Shown here: piece after piece, positions 1 through 12,602 of the stretch
How the letters are laid out: the number at the start of each line of letters is the position of its first letter
Position numbering within the stretch: position 1 is the stretch's first letter
Source of the DNA: Laetmonice hystrix
Lineage: Eukaryota
Length of the DNA stretch: 64,000 nucleotides
Direction of reading: 5' to 3'
Assembly: GCA_965235115.1 (NCBI GenBank)
Contig: OZ249436.1
Coordinates: 52,578,001 to 52,642,000, forward strand
Notes under the pieces: generated by a model
Databases searched by the model: none
What the model saw: only the letters and a program-made list of their open reading frames with translations
What the model was told of the DNA's origin: nothing
Program-made: the position numbers and the translations under genes

Positions 1-1881
1 TTTAATTATTGATTGATTAATATTAGTGCCAATATATGAGAAGCCACAGACACCAAACTAACAGGCGTATGTCGTTAGAAATGAGCTATTATTTGCCGTC
101 GACTTCCTGTGGCGGGAGGGACCCACCCCCGCATTCTGAGCTCGTCGTCACAAACCCCTTCATCAGCTCCCACAACCACTTTCTACAAGCTTTCTCAAGT
201 TCGCAATCGCTTCTTCGTTCATTTGCTCGCTCAGAGCGTCCGGATTGCTTCCAGGTGAAAGGTTTCTTCTTCACTTCATCCTCATTACCACCCCCGCCCC
301 TCGCCAATAAACTGGGGAGGGGGGGGGGGATTCCAACCCAGAATATGTTTGGAATGTTGTATTCCCGCACTGTGTCGACCCCCCCCCCCCCACGTGCAAT
401 TCACCGAATCGCCCAGTCTACCTGAAGAGCCAAACTCTTAAATATTGATGACATCCGGGCACCTACTAGGGTTAATATACGGGAGTGTGCGGCGTGATGA
501 TAACTAATTAGAGATATTACATATAATAACCAAGTCGTCAGTAATTTGGCCGTTCGCAAGCAATATTATTTATACCCATGTTCACTCTAATCAGTGCGTA
601 GATCACGATGACATAAGACAGCTCCGATCGAACGTAACTAAAGTGGCCGACTCATCTCTCGCAAGCCTGACGCAATTTGTTAAAAATATGCATGGCTTGG
701 AAATGAAGTGTTGCTCGGCCGCAGATCCTTCCAACAGGACGACCAGGTGGCTCTGCTGGGGGTCCGTGCAGTGCTGCCACCACACGCCCATATATCGACC
801 TATACGCTCTCCCAGCAATCTCCAAAATTCGGCTACTTACCCGCACTCTGGTAACGTCCGTTTAATTGATGAACGCCGGATTAGAGGACATATCCGTGGG
901 ACTTAATCGACTGTTGGCTCCAGAGAACCATTTGCCCCGTTCACCTCGCCAAGGAATGATATAATCCAATCATCACTAAGTGGCAAGCCGCACAGCTGTG
1001 GGCAACACTCTTCAGCCGTGGTCCTCTCAGCGCGGGTCGCAAATTTTGTCCATTGGCATCAGACGGATCGAGTGCCCAGCTATAGACCCCGCCACCAATA
1101 CTTGCCCCTGTGCACACACGTTACGTTACCATTCCAATTAGTGACTCCATGTGCAAAGCCTGAACTAATCATGATTTCATAATGAACCTCATTAATGGAA
1201 ACTTGTTTTTCTTTCTCCCCCGAAATGATGTTTCTTGGTATGTTCACACATTTCTAGGGATCCTGGGACAAACCTAGCAAGTCCACTTTGCCTCATTTTG
1301 AGAAAACTGGGACAAACAAACCATTCCATGTGTAGGACTATATGAAAGGGCAAAATCTAGAACTTTAGTCCAAAAATAAATCTAACTCAAATTGGACAAA
1401 AACTCGACTTACTAGGTTTTTCCAAATCACTGTAGAGACACAGCGTGCTGGGTTAGACCTATCCTGTAGGCGAATAGAGAGGGGGGATCTAGGGGGACAT
1501 AACCGCCCTTTAACAGTTCCCCCAACATATTTCAGCAAAATGGCGTAAAACCACAAAAACACTTATTCGACTAACACAGTTTCTTGACTTTACTCCTGTT
1601 GAACCCCTCTTTACCAACTTTACCATATACAGCATTACCCTCCTCTTCGCAATCCGCGCCACTGACGTTTTGTAAGTAAATCAGCGCAGTCGTTGCCACC
1701 TTCAGTAATGAGATATATCGTGGAACACGTTACATTTGTATACACAAATTAAAGGGGACAATATTCATGGTTAAAAAGGTATTTCTGTGTGTTGGCAGTT
1801 TCTCCTCTTGGGTGACTGATTTGCATAATTTCACTGCTTACTCAGTCGGTGAACTTGCGTTTTCTGAATACCATTGGAATA

Positions 1882-2594
1882 CGCCCAGTGTCCCCCAAAA
1901 GATGTCCAGGCCACCTCAGAATCTATGTTTCCCCAGAACCTGATGGATAATCTTCTTTCGTGAGAAATAGTCTTTATTTCATCAAAATCGGTCAAACGAA
2001 TCGTAAGTTATGTCATTTTTGGCGCAGCAAAGTCAGCTCTCAACTTGCATGGAATGACTGACTGTGTGATTTTTCTTTTCTTTCGTTGCATTTTCTTTCA
2101 TTTCTTTATTGTTTTTTCATTATTCTTTATTTATTCTTTTTGCTTTTTGCTTGATTTGCAATTACGATTATCATGTACAATTAATTTTCTTTGTCTCTTT
2201 TTATTATCAAACATTAACATTCACAAACTGCCCGTCCTTTAACCTGTTTTGACCATTAAAACACGTTGCTCGATCACGCTGTTGGCCAGCCATCTTGGCC
2301 AGACATACACATGTAGAGAATGATATCAAAGAAGTTCCCCAGCCCAATAAGCAGACTCATGGATGACAGCCAGTGACTGCCTATTGACTAATCTTAAACT
2401 ATAACCAGTTCTTGCTCTCATATAATCAGATCGGGATCATGAACAAGGGTGTGACTTTGCTGCACCACAAATGACATAACTTTTGATTCTTTTGACCGAG
2501 TTTCATGACTATTTTTCATGCAAGACGATTCGCCATCAGGTTCCGGTTTCTGAGGTTGCCTGTTTTGGTCTGGACATTTTTTAGGGACACCCTG
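1882..2594. mobile_element. Degenerate Tc1/mariner-type MITE with ~155-bp imperfect terminal inverted repeats
   Basis: 1886-2040 is an imperfect reverse complement of 2445-2594 (AAGTTATGTCATTTTTGGCGCAGCAAAGTCA vs TGACTTTGCTGCACCACAAATGACATAACTT). The right end reads GGGACACCCTG|TA, a typical CAGGGTG terminus plus TA. The left terminus is decayed. Confidence 0.7.
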
Positions 2595-4706
2595 TATTGG
2601 AACGTAGTGTTAAAGAAGATCCGTGAAGATCAAATGATTTTGTCTCCGTTAGGTTGAGAAGGTTGCAAAACAGTGGATTAAATATGAATAATTAGTGTTC
2701 AATAAGTAATGCCCCCATGGACTAATCTGCGTGCGCAACATCTGTGCAAAATGTGCCAACCGGAATACGATATTTAGGGTAACCCACATTTTCCATGTTT
2801 TTCTTTCAAATCTCAGAGCTAGAATGATTCATAGGGCCATCATACTCAATTACCCTCCTACCTTTCCGGTAAACGACCCGAGGCTCCGTATGAAAAAGTT
2901 TGAGTTCCCACAGGGATCCTCAGTACGTTAACTAGATTTGATATCAACCGCCAAATAAATCAATTAAAGACTTTACTACCCTGTCTGTTTTTTCTCGGCT
3001 TTTCCATTGTTTTTAAAGCTGATAAGTGTGCTTTTATTATAAAGAAAAAACTCCAGCTTTATCAATCTTGGATACTGTATTATCAATGAATGGTGTGGAC
3101 CGCCATCCACCAGCCACCCTACTCAATGACGCCATCGGGAGTGGTACGCCCAACTCTTCCGATAGCTGCTCGCCTAGCACGATACAGACACAAAAAATAC
3201 GGCAAGAGCGTTTAGACCGAGACATTTTCTTCCACATATCTGTGGGCGAGATGGTTGGACAATACGTCGCCTCATATTGGTTTGGCGGTGCCACATTACA
3301 CGAAACGGGACATTCTAATTATTATTTTTGTGTATGTTTTAGTTGTACTAATTATTCAGTCGCATGGAGAGCTGTTTGATACATGGGTAGTGGTTTTATT
3401 GACTCGTACAAATACTGGCTTGTCCTCAATCTATCAGTGTAACAGATGGAGAGGAGAACAATTTCTTTAGACTTTTGTGTTCCACATTTCACGGGGACTA
3501 CACTTGGGACGACCTTGAAAGACCGAGAATCTGTACAGAGTGTATAGTCTGAGAGTGTTCATCGAACGCGTTTACTGAGTTAGTATTTGCTGGTCATAAA
3601 GATGTGGAGGGGCACTCTAGGTCGGCTGGTATAGGGCGGCAATCGGTGTCGGAGAACCAGGAATTTGGGCCCTTTCTGAAGATGGTTCTGTCTCGGCTTC
3701 CGGTGTGTCATGTGCTAGAATAGTGAGAGTATGTCATAGGTATAAATAGGCCGTCAGTAAGTTATCGCTTGGCCACCACATAAAATAGTTTTATTCCATT
3801 TTAACCCCTGCCCCCTGATTTTGTAATCTGAAACTTTGTGTTACGGCCGACCTCTTTCATTTATCAGCTAGAGTCTCTCACTAAATTAAAAAAATAACTT
3901 TAGAGGTTTCGAGAAACCACATCCATAACGTAAATGCACTTCATTATCCCTCTGTGCCACGTCAGAAAATTTGTCCGCTTCTTGCTGCATGGTCGACGGT
4001 TATGCCCGGGTACTCTGGTTCCGAACACTAACACATGCAGGTACTTTACGGACGACAGTAGCCTAGCGCTGATATCTGTTCGGGGGCGGGGGCGTTCAGA
4101 GGCGTTGGCAGAGGGCCAGTCCGGGGTTAATGCCCTCCCTCCCTTCGACCCCCCCCCCCCCATGCCGGCGGAGCGCTCTGTCTACAAGGGTTATCAGTGG
4201 TAATTTCCATCAATTCATCAATATTGAAGCAATGTAATCATTTTTAGAAAACATGCAGACACAATATACTGAGAACGATTATATTTGGTCCAGTGTATAG
4301 TATATTATAATATAACCTGTCGATTGTTCCGCCAAATAATTCAGCATGTTCATCCATTCCCTCCTTTTGCTCATGGTAGTGGACATAAAACTCCTTGTTC
4401 AGATAGCAAAGAAACCTTTCCATGGACACATTATTGGTTCCAAGGGCCACTAGTCTGCAATACGTTCACTACAGTCTGATTTCGCTTGCTTGGCGGGTGG
4501 TAATTGCATAAAGCAATTGTGAAGTGTGAACCAGAAGTGACGCTGCCTCCTGACCGCCCGCCGGGAGCCCACTACACGACCTGCCAATCTTTCATGCCTA
4601 CAACTATTTCGCCAGACACAGCTGCGTCCGGTACATGTCGTCATCCGATTGGACGTCCTGGGACGCACGTGTGACGTCATCGTCAGGAGTCGGGGCAGAT
4701 CGCGTG

Positions 4707-7700
4707 TAGTATGGCCGAGCACGGCCACCATGCTGTCCCGAGTCATGTCCAATACACGACACTAGTATGGCCGAGCACGGCCACCATACTGTCCCGAGTC
4801 GTGTCTAATACACGACACTAGTATGGCCGAGCACGGCCACCATACTGTCCCGAGTCGTGTCCAATACACGACACTAGTATGGCCGAGCACGGCCACCATA
4901 CTGTCCCGAGTCGTGTCCAATACACGACACTAGTATGGCCGAGCACGGCCACCATACTGTCCCGAGTCGTGTCCAATACACGACACTAGTATGGCCGAGC
5001 ACGGCCACCATACTGTCCCGAGTCGTGTCCAATACACGACACTAGTATGGCCGAGCACGGCGACCATATTGTCCCGAGTCGTGTCCAATACACGACACTA
5101 GTATGGCCGAGCACGTACCATACTGTCCCGAGTCGTGTCCAATACACGACACTAGTATGGCCGAGCACGGGCACCATGCTGTCCCGAGTCGTGTCCAATA
5201 CACGACACTAGTATGGCCGAGCACGGCCACCATACTGTCCCGAGTCGTGTCCAATACACGACACTAGTATGGCACGGCCACCATACTGTCCCGAGTCGTG
5301 TCCAATACACTACACTAGTATGGCCGAGCACGGCCACCATACTGTCCCGAGTCGTGTCCAATACACTACACTAGTATGGCCGAGCACGGCCACCATACTG
5401 TCCCGAGTCGTGTCCAATACACTACACTAGTATGGCCGAGCACGGCCACCATACTGTCCCGAGTCGTGTCCAATACACGACACTAGTATGGCCGAGCACG
5501 GCCACCATACTGTCCCGAGTCGTGTCCACTACACGACACTAGTATGGCCGAGCACGGCCACCATACTGTCCCGAGTCGTGTCCAATACACGACACTAGTA
5601 TGGCCGAGCACGGCCATGCTGTCCCGAGTCGTGTCCAATACACGACACTAGTATGGCCGAGCACGGCCACCATACTGTCCCGAGTCGTGTCCAATACACG
5701 ACACTAGTATTGCCGAGCACGGGCACCATGCTGTCCCGAGTCATGTCCAATACACGACACTAGTATGGCCGAGCACGGCGACCATACTGTCCCGAGTCGT
5801 GTCCAATACACGACACTAGTATGGCCGAGCACGGCGACCATACTGTCCCGAGTCGTGTCCAATACACGACACTAGTATGGCACGGCCACCATACTGTCCC
5901 GAGTCGTGTCCAATACACGACACTAGTATGGCCGAGCACGGCCACCATACTGTCCCGAGTCGTGTCCAATACACGACACTAGTATGGCACGGCCACCATA
6001 CTGTCCCGAGTCGTGTCCAATACACGACACTAGTATGGCCGAGCACGGCGACCATACTGTCCCGAGTCGTGTCCAATACACGACACTAGTATGGCCGAGC
6101 ACGGGCACCATACTGTCCTGAGTCGTGTCCAATACACGACACTAGTATGGCCGAGCACGGCCACCATACTGTCCCGAGTCGTGTCCAATACACGACACTA
6201 GTATGGCCGAGCACGGCGACCATACTGTCCCGAGTCGTGTCCAATACACGACACTAGTATGGCCGAGCACGGGCACCATACTGTCCCGAGTCGTGTCCAA
6301 TACACGACACTAGTATGGCCGAGCACGGCCACCATACTGTCCCGAGTCGTGTCCAATACACGACACTAGTATGGCCGAGCACGGTCACCATACTGTCCCG
6401 AGTCGTGTCCAATACACGACACTAGTATGGCACGGCCACCATACTGTCCCGAGTCGTGTCCAATACACGACACTAGTATGGCCGAGCACGGCGACCATAC
6501 TGTCCCGAGTCGTGTCCAATACACGACACTAGTATGGCCGAGCACGGTCACCATACTGTCCCGAGTCGTGTCCAATACACGACACTAGTATGGCCGAGCA
6601 CGTACCATACTGTCCCGAGTCGTGTCCAATACACGACACTAGTATGGCCGAGCACGGCGACCATACTGTCCTGAGTCGTGTCCAATACACGACACTAGTA
6701 TGGCCGAGCACGGCCACCATACTGTCCCGAGTCGTGTCCAATACACGACACTAGTATGGCCGAGCACGGTCACCATACTGTCCCGAGTCGTGTCCAATAC
6801 ACGACACTAGTATGGCACAGCCACCATACTGTCCCGAGTCGTGTCCAATACACGACACTAGTATGGCCGAGCACGGCTACCATACTGTCCCGAGTCGTGT
6901 CCAATACACGACACTAGTATGGCCGAGCACGGCCACCATACTGTCCCGAGTCGTGTCCAATACACGACACTAGTATGGCCGAGCACGGCCACCATACTGT
7001 CCCGAGTCGTGTCCAATACACGACACTAGTATGGCCGAGCACGGGCACCATACTGTCCCGAGTCGTGTCCAATACACGACACTAGTATGGCCGAGCACGG
7101 GCACCATACTGTCCCGAGTCGTGTCCAATACACGACACTAGTATGGCCGAGCACGGCCACCATACTGTCCCGAGTCATGTCCAATACACGACACTAGTAT
7201 GGCCGAGCACGGCCACCATACTGTCCCGAGTCGTGTCCAATACACGACACTAGTATGGCCGAGCACGGCCACCATACTGTCCCGAGTCGTGTCCAATACA
7301 CGACACTAGTATGGCCGAGCACGGCCACCATACTGTCCCGAGTCGTGTCCAATACACGACACTAGTATGGCACGGCCACCATACTGTCCCGAGTCGTGTC
7401 CAATACACGACACTAGTATGGCCGAGCACGGCTACCATACTGTCCCGAGTCGTGTCCAATACACGACACTAGTATGGCCGAGCACGGCCACCATACTGTC
7501 CCGAGTCGTGTCCAATACACGACACTAGTATGGCCGAGCACGGCCACCATACTGTCCCGAGTCATGTCCAATACACGACACTAGTATGGCCGAGCACGGC
7601 CACCATACTGTCCCGAGTCGTGTCCAATACACGACACTAGTATGGCCGAGCACGGCCACCATACTGTCCCGAGTCGTGTCCAATACACGACACTAGTATG

Positions 7701-8560
7701 GCCGAGCACGGCCACCATACTGTCCCGAGTCGTGTCCAATACACGACACTAGTATGGCACGGCCACCATACTGTCCCGAGTCGTGTCCAATACACGACAC
7801 TAGTATGGCCGAGCACGGCTACCATACTGTCCCGAGTCGTGTCCAATACACGACACTAGTATGGCACGGCCACCATACTGTCCCGAGTCGTGTCCAATAC
7901 ACGACACTAGTATGGCCGAGCACGGCTACCATACTGTCCCGAGTCGTGTCCAATACACGACACTAGTATGGCCGAGCACGGCCACCATACTGTCCCGAGT
8001 CGTGTCCAATACACGACACTAGTATGGCCGAGCACGGCCACCATACTGTCCCGAGTCGTGTCCAATACACGACACTAGTATGGCCGAGCACGGCCATGCT
8101 GTCCCGAGTCGTGTCCAATACACGACACTAGTATGGCCGAGCACGGCTACCATACTGTCCCGAGTCGTGTCCAATACACGACACTAGTATGGCCGAGCAC
8201 GGCCACCATACTGTCCCGAGTCGTGTCCAATACACGGCACTAGTATGGCCGAGCACGGCTACCATACTGTCCCGAGTCGTGTCCAATACACGACACTAGT
8301 ATGGCCGAGCACGGCTACCATACTGTCCCGAGTCGTGTCCAATACACGACACTAGTATGGCCGAGCACGGTCACCATACTGTCCCGAGTCGTGTCCAATA
8401 CACGACTATGGCCGAGCACGGCTACCATACTGTCCCGAGTCGTGTCCAATACACGACACTAGTATGGCCGAGCACGGCTACCATACTGTCCCGAGTCGTG
8501 TCCAATACACGACACTAGTATGGCCGAGCACGGGCACCATACTGTCCCGAGTCGTGTCCA
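4707..8560. repeat. 56-bp tandem minisatellite/satellite, roughly 69 copies
   Basis: Consensus TAGTATGGCCGAGCACGGCCACCATACTGTCCCGAGTCGTGTCCAATACACGACAC repeated head to tail, with shorter (51-54 bp) variants. Confidence 0.99.
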
Positions 8561-9680
8561 CTATACCACGTTCATAGTCCCCCCAAAGATGGTCCCCCGG
8601 TTTGTTATTTTTTCTGGCTTTGCAAAGGAGCATAATTGGTGGTACATGTAAGAAAAGGTAATAAAGGTATATCAGGGTCGTCAAAATACGATCAAATTTA
8701 GGGTTAAGATGGCAAAATGTTTTTCTTTGTCAATTTTCTCACATTTTCCGGTGTGCGGGTTTCTGATAAACCATCTCATCACCAAAAAATAAAAATAAGT
8801 AAATAAAACAATTAAATGTTCTGAAAAACAGATCAATAAAAAAATTACTGTCGTCCCTGCTGGCTTGCACGAGATACGTAAATGACCACTTACAATGCGG
8901 CGTACATGTCCGGGTTACTGACCAATCAAACTATTGTTTACTAGGGACAAAAAAAAGTAGGTGACCATCTTGTCTAAGTGATATTCTTATAAATGTGATA
9001 TACAAAGACATGAAGACTTAGGCCTACATTTCAAAATAATACTTCTCCATGGAAGTCAGACCTTGTTCCTGCCTGTGAATCATGCTACCGAGTTCCTCAC
9101 AATACACAATATACAATATATCAACTTTTTGTTGGTTACACCCGGATTGAAGGGCGTTTAGTGATATTTTTATTGGGCTTGCGACCGCCCCAAGGGAATT
9201 ATGTCAATAGTAATGGCAAAAAACAGCAGCTGTGGAAATAAGGAAATCTTTACGCAAATGCTTGCGATAGAGTGGATCACTCCTGTCTCAGGGGCACGAA
9301 ATAATTTCTCTGCGCCAAATTAGACCCGGTTCCTTGGGCTGTTGGAAGAGAACGTTTTAAATATAGCTACTGGGAGTCCGTATATCTAATCTCGCTCCCG
9401 TATAAAAAAACAAAATAGGTATGGTCTCCCTCTCCTTGCGTGAACCTGCTAGTAAAATCGGTATATAGCAGTACACTTTGATTAAATACTTTATTCTTTT
9501 GAAGTAAACGTTTTATATTTTGATCTCAATCGCAGTATCATAGTCTATACGGCTATAAATGCCACTACACCGACACATGTTCAGATAGAAATATTCTAGG
9601 GTTAAGCCGCTACACTTCGCCCTGGAGCCTTCTCGCCACCGAGGGCGTCCGACTCGATTATCAAATACCGGGCGTATAAA

Positions 9681-10680
9681 GTGCTGTTCACACAGGCACG
9701 ATTTCTGCCGCGAACTCAATTTTCGTTCGTCGCGAATTTATAGGAAAGATCGCAGCAGTGAGAACCGAGTTCGTAAGAATTCGTAAAACTACTTGCAAGC
9801 AGAACTGTGAATGGAGTAAAGGACGTGCATGATCCACTTGCGTTGTGATGGCTTTCGCGCGTCTACGATTTGTTCTCTCTCGGAAGCTTCGGAATTATGT
9901 ACAAGTGCTCGTAAGGCCGCGTAAGGAATCGTAGGCTTGCGTATCCCCCGTAAGCACTCGTAAGAAAATCGGAAAGCATAATCCACATTTTCTAGGGTCT
10001 TAAGAACGCTTTCGATCGTCAGAGGACATCAAAATGGAGGCCTAGGAGGTTGCACTGGTTGCCCTCACCTTCGCCTTTTTGGCCGAAGGTGAGGAACAAG
10101 AAATGGAAGAATAGGAAAAAGGACAAAAAAGAAAACATAAATATTGGGTCTGGGGATGGATCAACAAACGGGAATCTGCATGGAATCGCTTCCTTTTTTT
10201 TCGTTGCGGTTTTTTCCTCTGATAAAGTCGTCTTTCGCCTCGTGGCTCTCGCCATCTGGAAAGTTCAAGGCCGTTGCACGGAAATACACGATTGGATTGG
10301 TCAGTTATCTGATGGTGCTGCCCCCTAGGTTTTTGGGTTCGCTTTAGACCTTCCGCGCTCTTCCGAGTGCTTACGCACTCTTTATGTATCTTCAGAAATC
10401 TTACGCGTGGCCACGCGCACTATGCACTCTTCCGATAATATCTAATATTTTTGATCTGCTCGTAAGGAGGTCCCAAGAGCGCTCTGGCACTCGTAAGACG
10501 TCTGAAGCCCTCGGAATCAGAAGCATCGCAACGCAAGTGGTTCACCTAAAAAATACCTTACGAAGTTCGTACGACGATCAAGTTTGTACTAAAGTTTGCC
10601 TAAAAAGTTCCGCTAGTGTCATTCACACTGGCACAATTTTTACCGCGAACTCGAGTTCGTACGAACTCGAGTTCGCGATG
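9681..10680. mobile_element. Internally deleted PIF/Harbinger-like DNA transposon remnant
   Basis: Harbinger-like end (GTGCTGTTCACACAGGCAC). Subterminal motifs rich in CGTAAG/CTTACG occur in inverted orientation (GTAAGCACTCGTAAGA at ~9950 vs TCTTCCGAGTGCTTAC at ~10360). Two convergent gene starts lie inside. Related sequence occurs at 10617-10680 and 22045-22160. Confidence 0.65.
10034..10183 (+). pseudogene. Decayed N-terminus of a Harbinger-type transposase
   Basis: Translates MEA*EVALVALTFAFLAEGEEQEMEE*EKGQKRKHKYWVWGWINKRES. The hydrophobic patch, acidic run, basic run and YWVxxW motif follow the usual layout of animal Harbinger transposase N-termini. Two in-frame stops. Confidence 0.6.
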
Positions 10681-12517
10681 ACCAATGATGATCAAAAACT
10701 TAGCAGTTAATGTAATCAAGCCTAATCTGTACAACCTTCTCTGTATATAACACAGGTTTCAAGTGAGTAAATTTTGCGCCAGATGGACATTTTGCAACGA
10801 ACAGTTCGCAACGAAATATTCCACTCCAGAGAACGATAAATAGAGGAAAATAATTACTCCATTCATTCTCCCTTTTTGTCGTAACTGTTAAATTTTCCAT
10901 TCGAAACTAACGTGGAATGAAGTGTCAGCTTACATTGTCTTGTTACTGTATCTACATGAAGGTGTATTAAAACATTAGTTTTGTGTCGTGAACAGTAAGG
11001 CCAAAAACGGCGGAACAGACGAAAATTGGAATCTAGAAGAAATAGCAACGGCGCTTTGAACCAATTTTAAGAAGACAAAATCAAAGTATGTCTTATTATT
11101 TTGATAGATTATCTCTCCTCAGAGGGGCATCATCACCTCTTGTCTGAGCTCGTTTAAACTTAACTAAAGATGTTATTTTTCCAGGTACAACCTTATCCTG
11201 AACCTCTCAGTATTTGTTATCCTAAATGGGTAAATTTAGATTAAATAACCCCTGACATGCAGGATAATACATTGTGGAGACATATAGGGTAAAATGTCCG
11301 AGTGCTTTTCAAAACCAAGAAGAAGGGTTCCCCTATTGGCAGATAAAATGGCGGACTGCTGCATCCATTTATGCATTAATTGATTAGTGTATGGATAAGG
11401 GAAATTTCTGTCGACCGTCTTAACATCTTTTTGACAGATTTTTGACGGAGAAATAAGAAGGAAGGGTTCATCCGTGATGAATCGAATCCCAGTCTCTCTG
11501 GCCATCATTCTGAAACATGATGACAACGCACATCGCATCTGAAGACTGCCTCTCAATTAATCATTCAATGGCAATTACTAATAATTAATAGAATTAAGCG
11601 CACTTTCGTGGGTGATTAGACTAAGCCGAAGTGCTTATATTTAACGAGATTACTCAAAATTACTTCATTTCAGCATGTGGGACTGGAGAGTGAAGGCTGA
11701 TGAAAAGGATCAGAGTCTTTTGTACGTTAACGCCAAGAGGTAATTCCCAGTCACATATGAACCATACACTTTATTATCTCATACACACGCAAGAATAAAA
11801 TATTGCAGTGGGAAGGGTACTATTGAAAATCGTTTAAAATCTAGTGTGTGGGGGTGTAGGTTTGGGTGTGTGGGTATGGGGGGGGGGGGGTGTTTGGGAG
11901 AGAGAGAGTGAGTGAGAGAGACAGACAGACAGGCAGGCAGGCAGAGACACAGAGAATAGTTTGGACTATTCAAAATCATATCAGCAAGCTCTTTGTTATA
12001 TTGGGGGAAAAATTCTATAACAAAGTCCCGGGTATGTTTGTGTCTCTTCAAAATATAATCTAAAAAAATGGTCTGAAATCGACTTGAAAGAGGAACATTT
12101 TAAATCGAAAACGATGAAGTAGATAACCAAATATTGCTCTATTTGACAGAAGGTGGACATTATCTATCATACCAAAACAGTGAAACTTCCCACGAAATCT
12201 TGAAATGGACAGAGTTTAGCGAAAATCCATGTTTTGGTGACAAATATCCGAATGTAAACCATACATATGGCATCCTCGGCCTCCGTATACCTCTCATGAA
12301 ACTTAGCATCCCAAAGGTTTATAGTAACCGACGTCGTTCTTATCCTGGTCGGTTTAATTCCCCCCCCCCCCCCCACGAACAACAAAAACAAGGAAAAACA
12401 GCAAAACCAAACCAAAAACCACTGCACGATGTTCTGTTCTTTACAGTTACCAAGTGTTTCAATGGGGATTTTAACGAACGGTAAATCATGCAACCAGGAG
12501 TTGAGGTCTCAGTAGCC

Positions 12518-12602
12518 GGGCCGTTGCATAAATTCCCGCCCGCTAAAATTGCCATTGAAATTCAATGACAATTTTAGTGAACGGGAATTTATGCAACGGC
12601 CC
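12518..12602. mobile_element. 85-bp palindromic mini-MITE
   Basis: GGGCCGTTGCATAAATTCCCG...CGGGAATTTATGCAACGGCCC. The whole element is a near-perfect hairpin centred at ~12560. Confidence 0.85.

Noticed and set aside
4707..8560. Repetitive ORFs (MDTTRDSMVAVLGH...) and a possible CRISPR or hammerhead satellite
   Set aside because: The unit length is not a multiple of 3 and stops recur. There are no unique spacers and no CUGANGA/GAAA hammerhead core in the unit.
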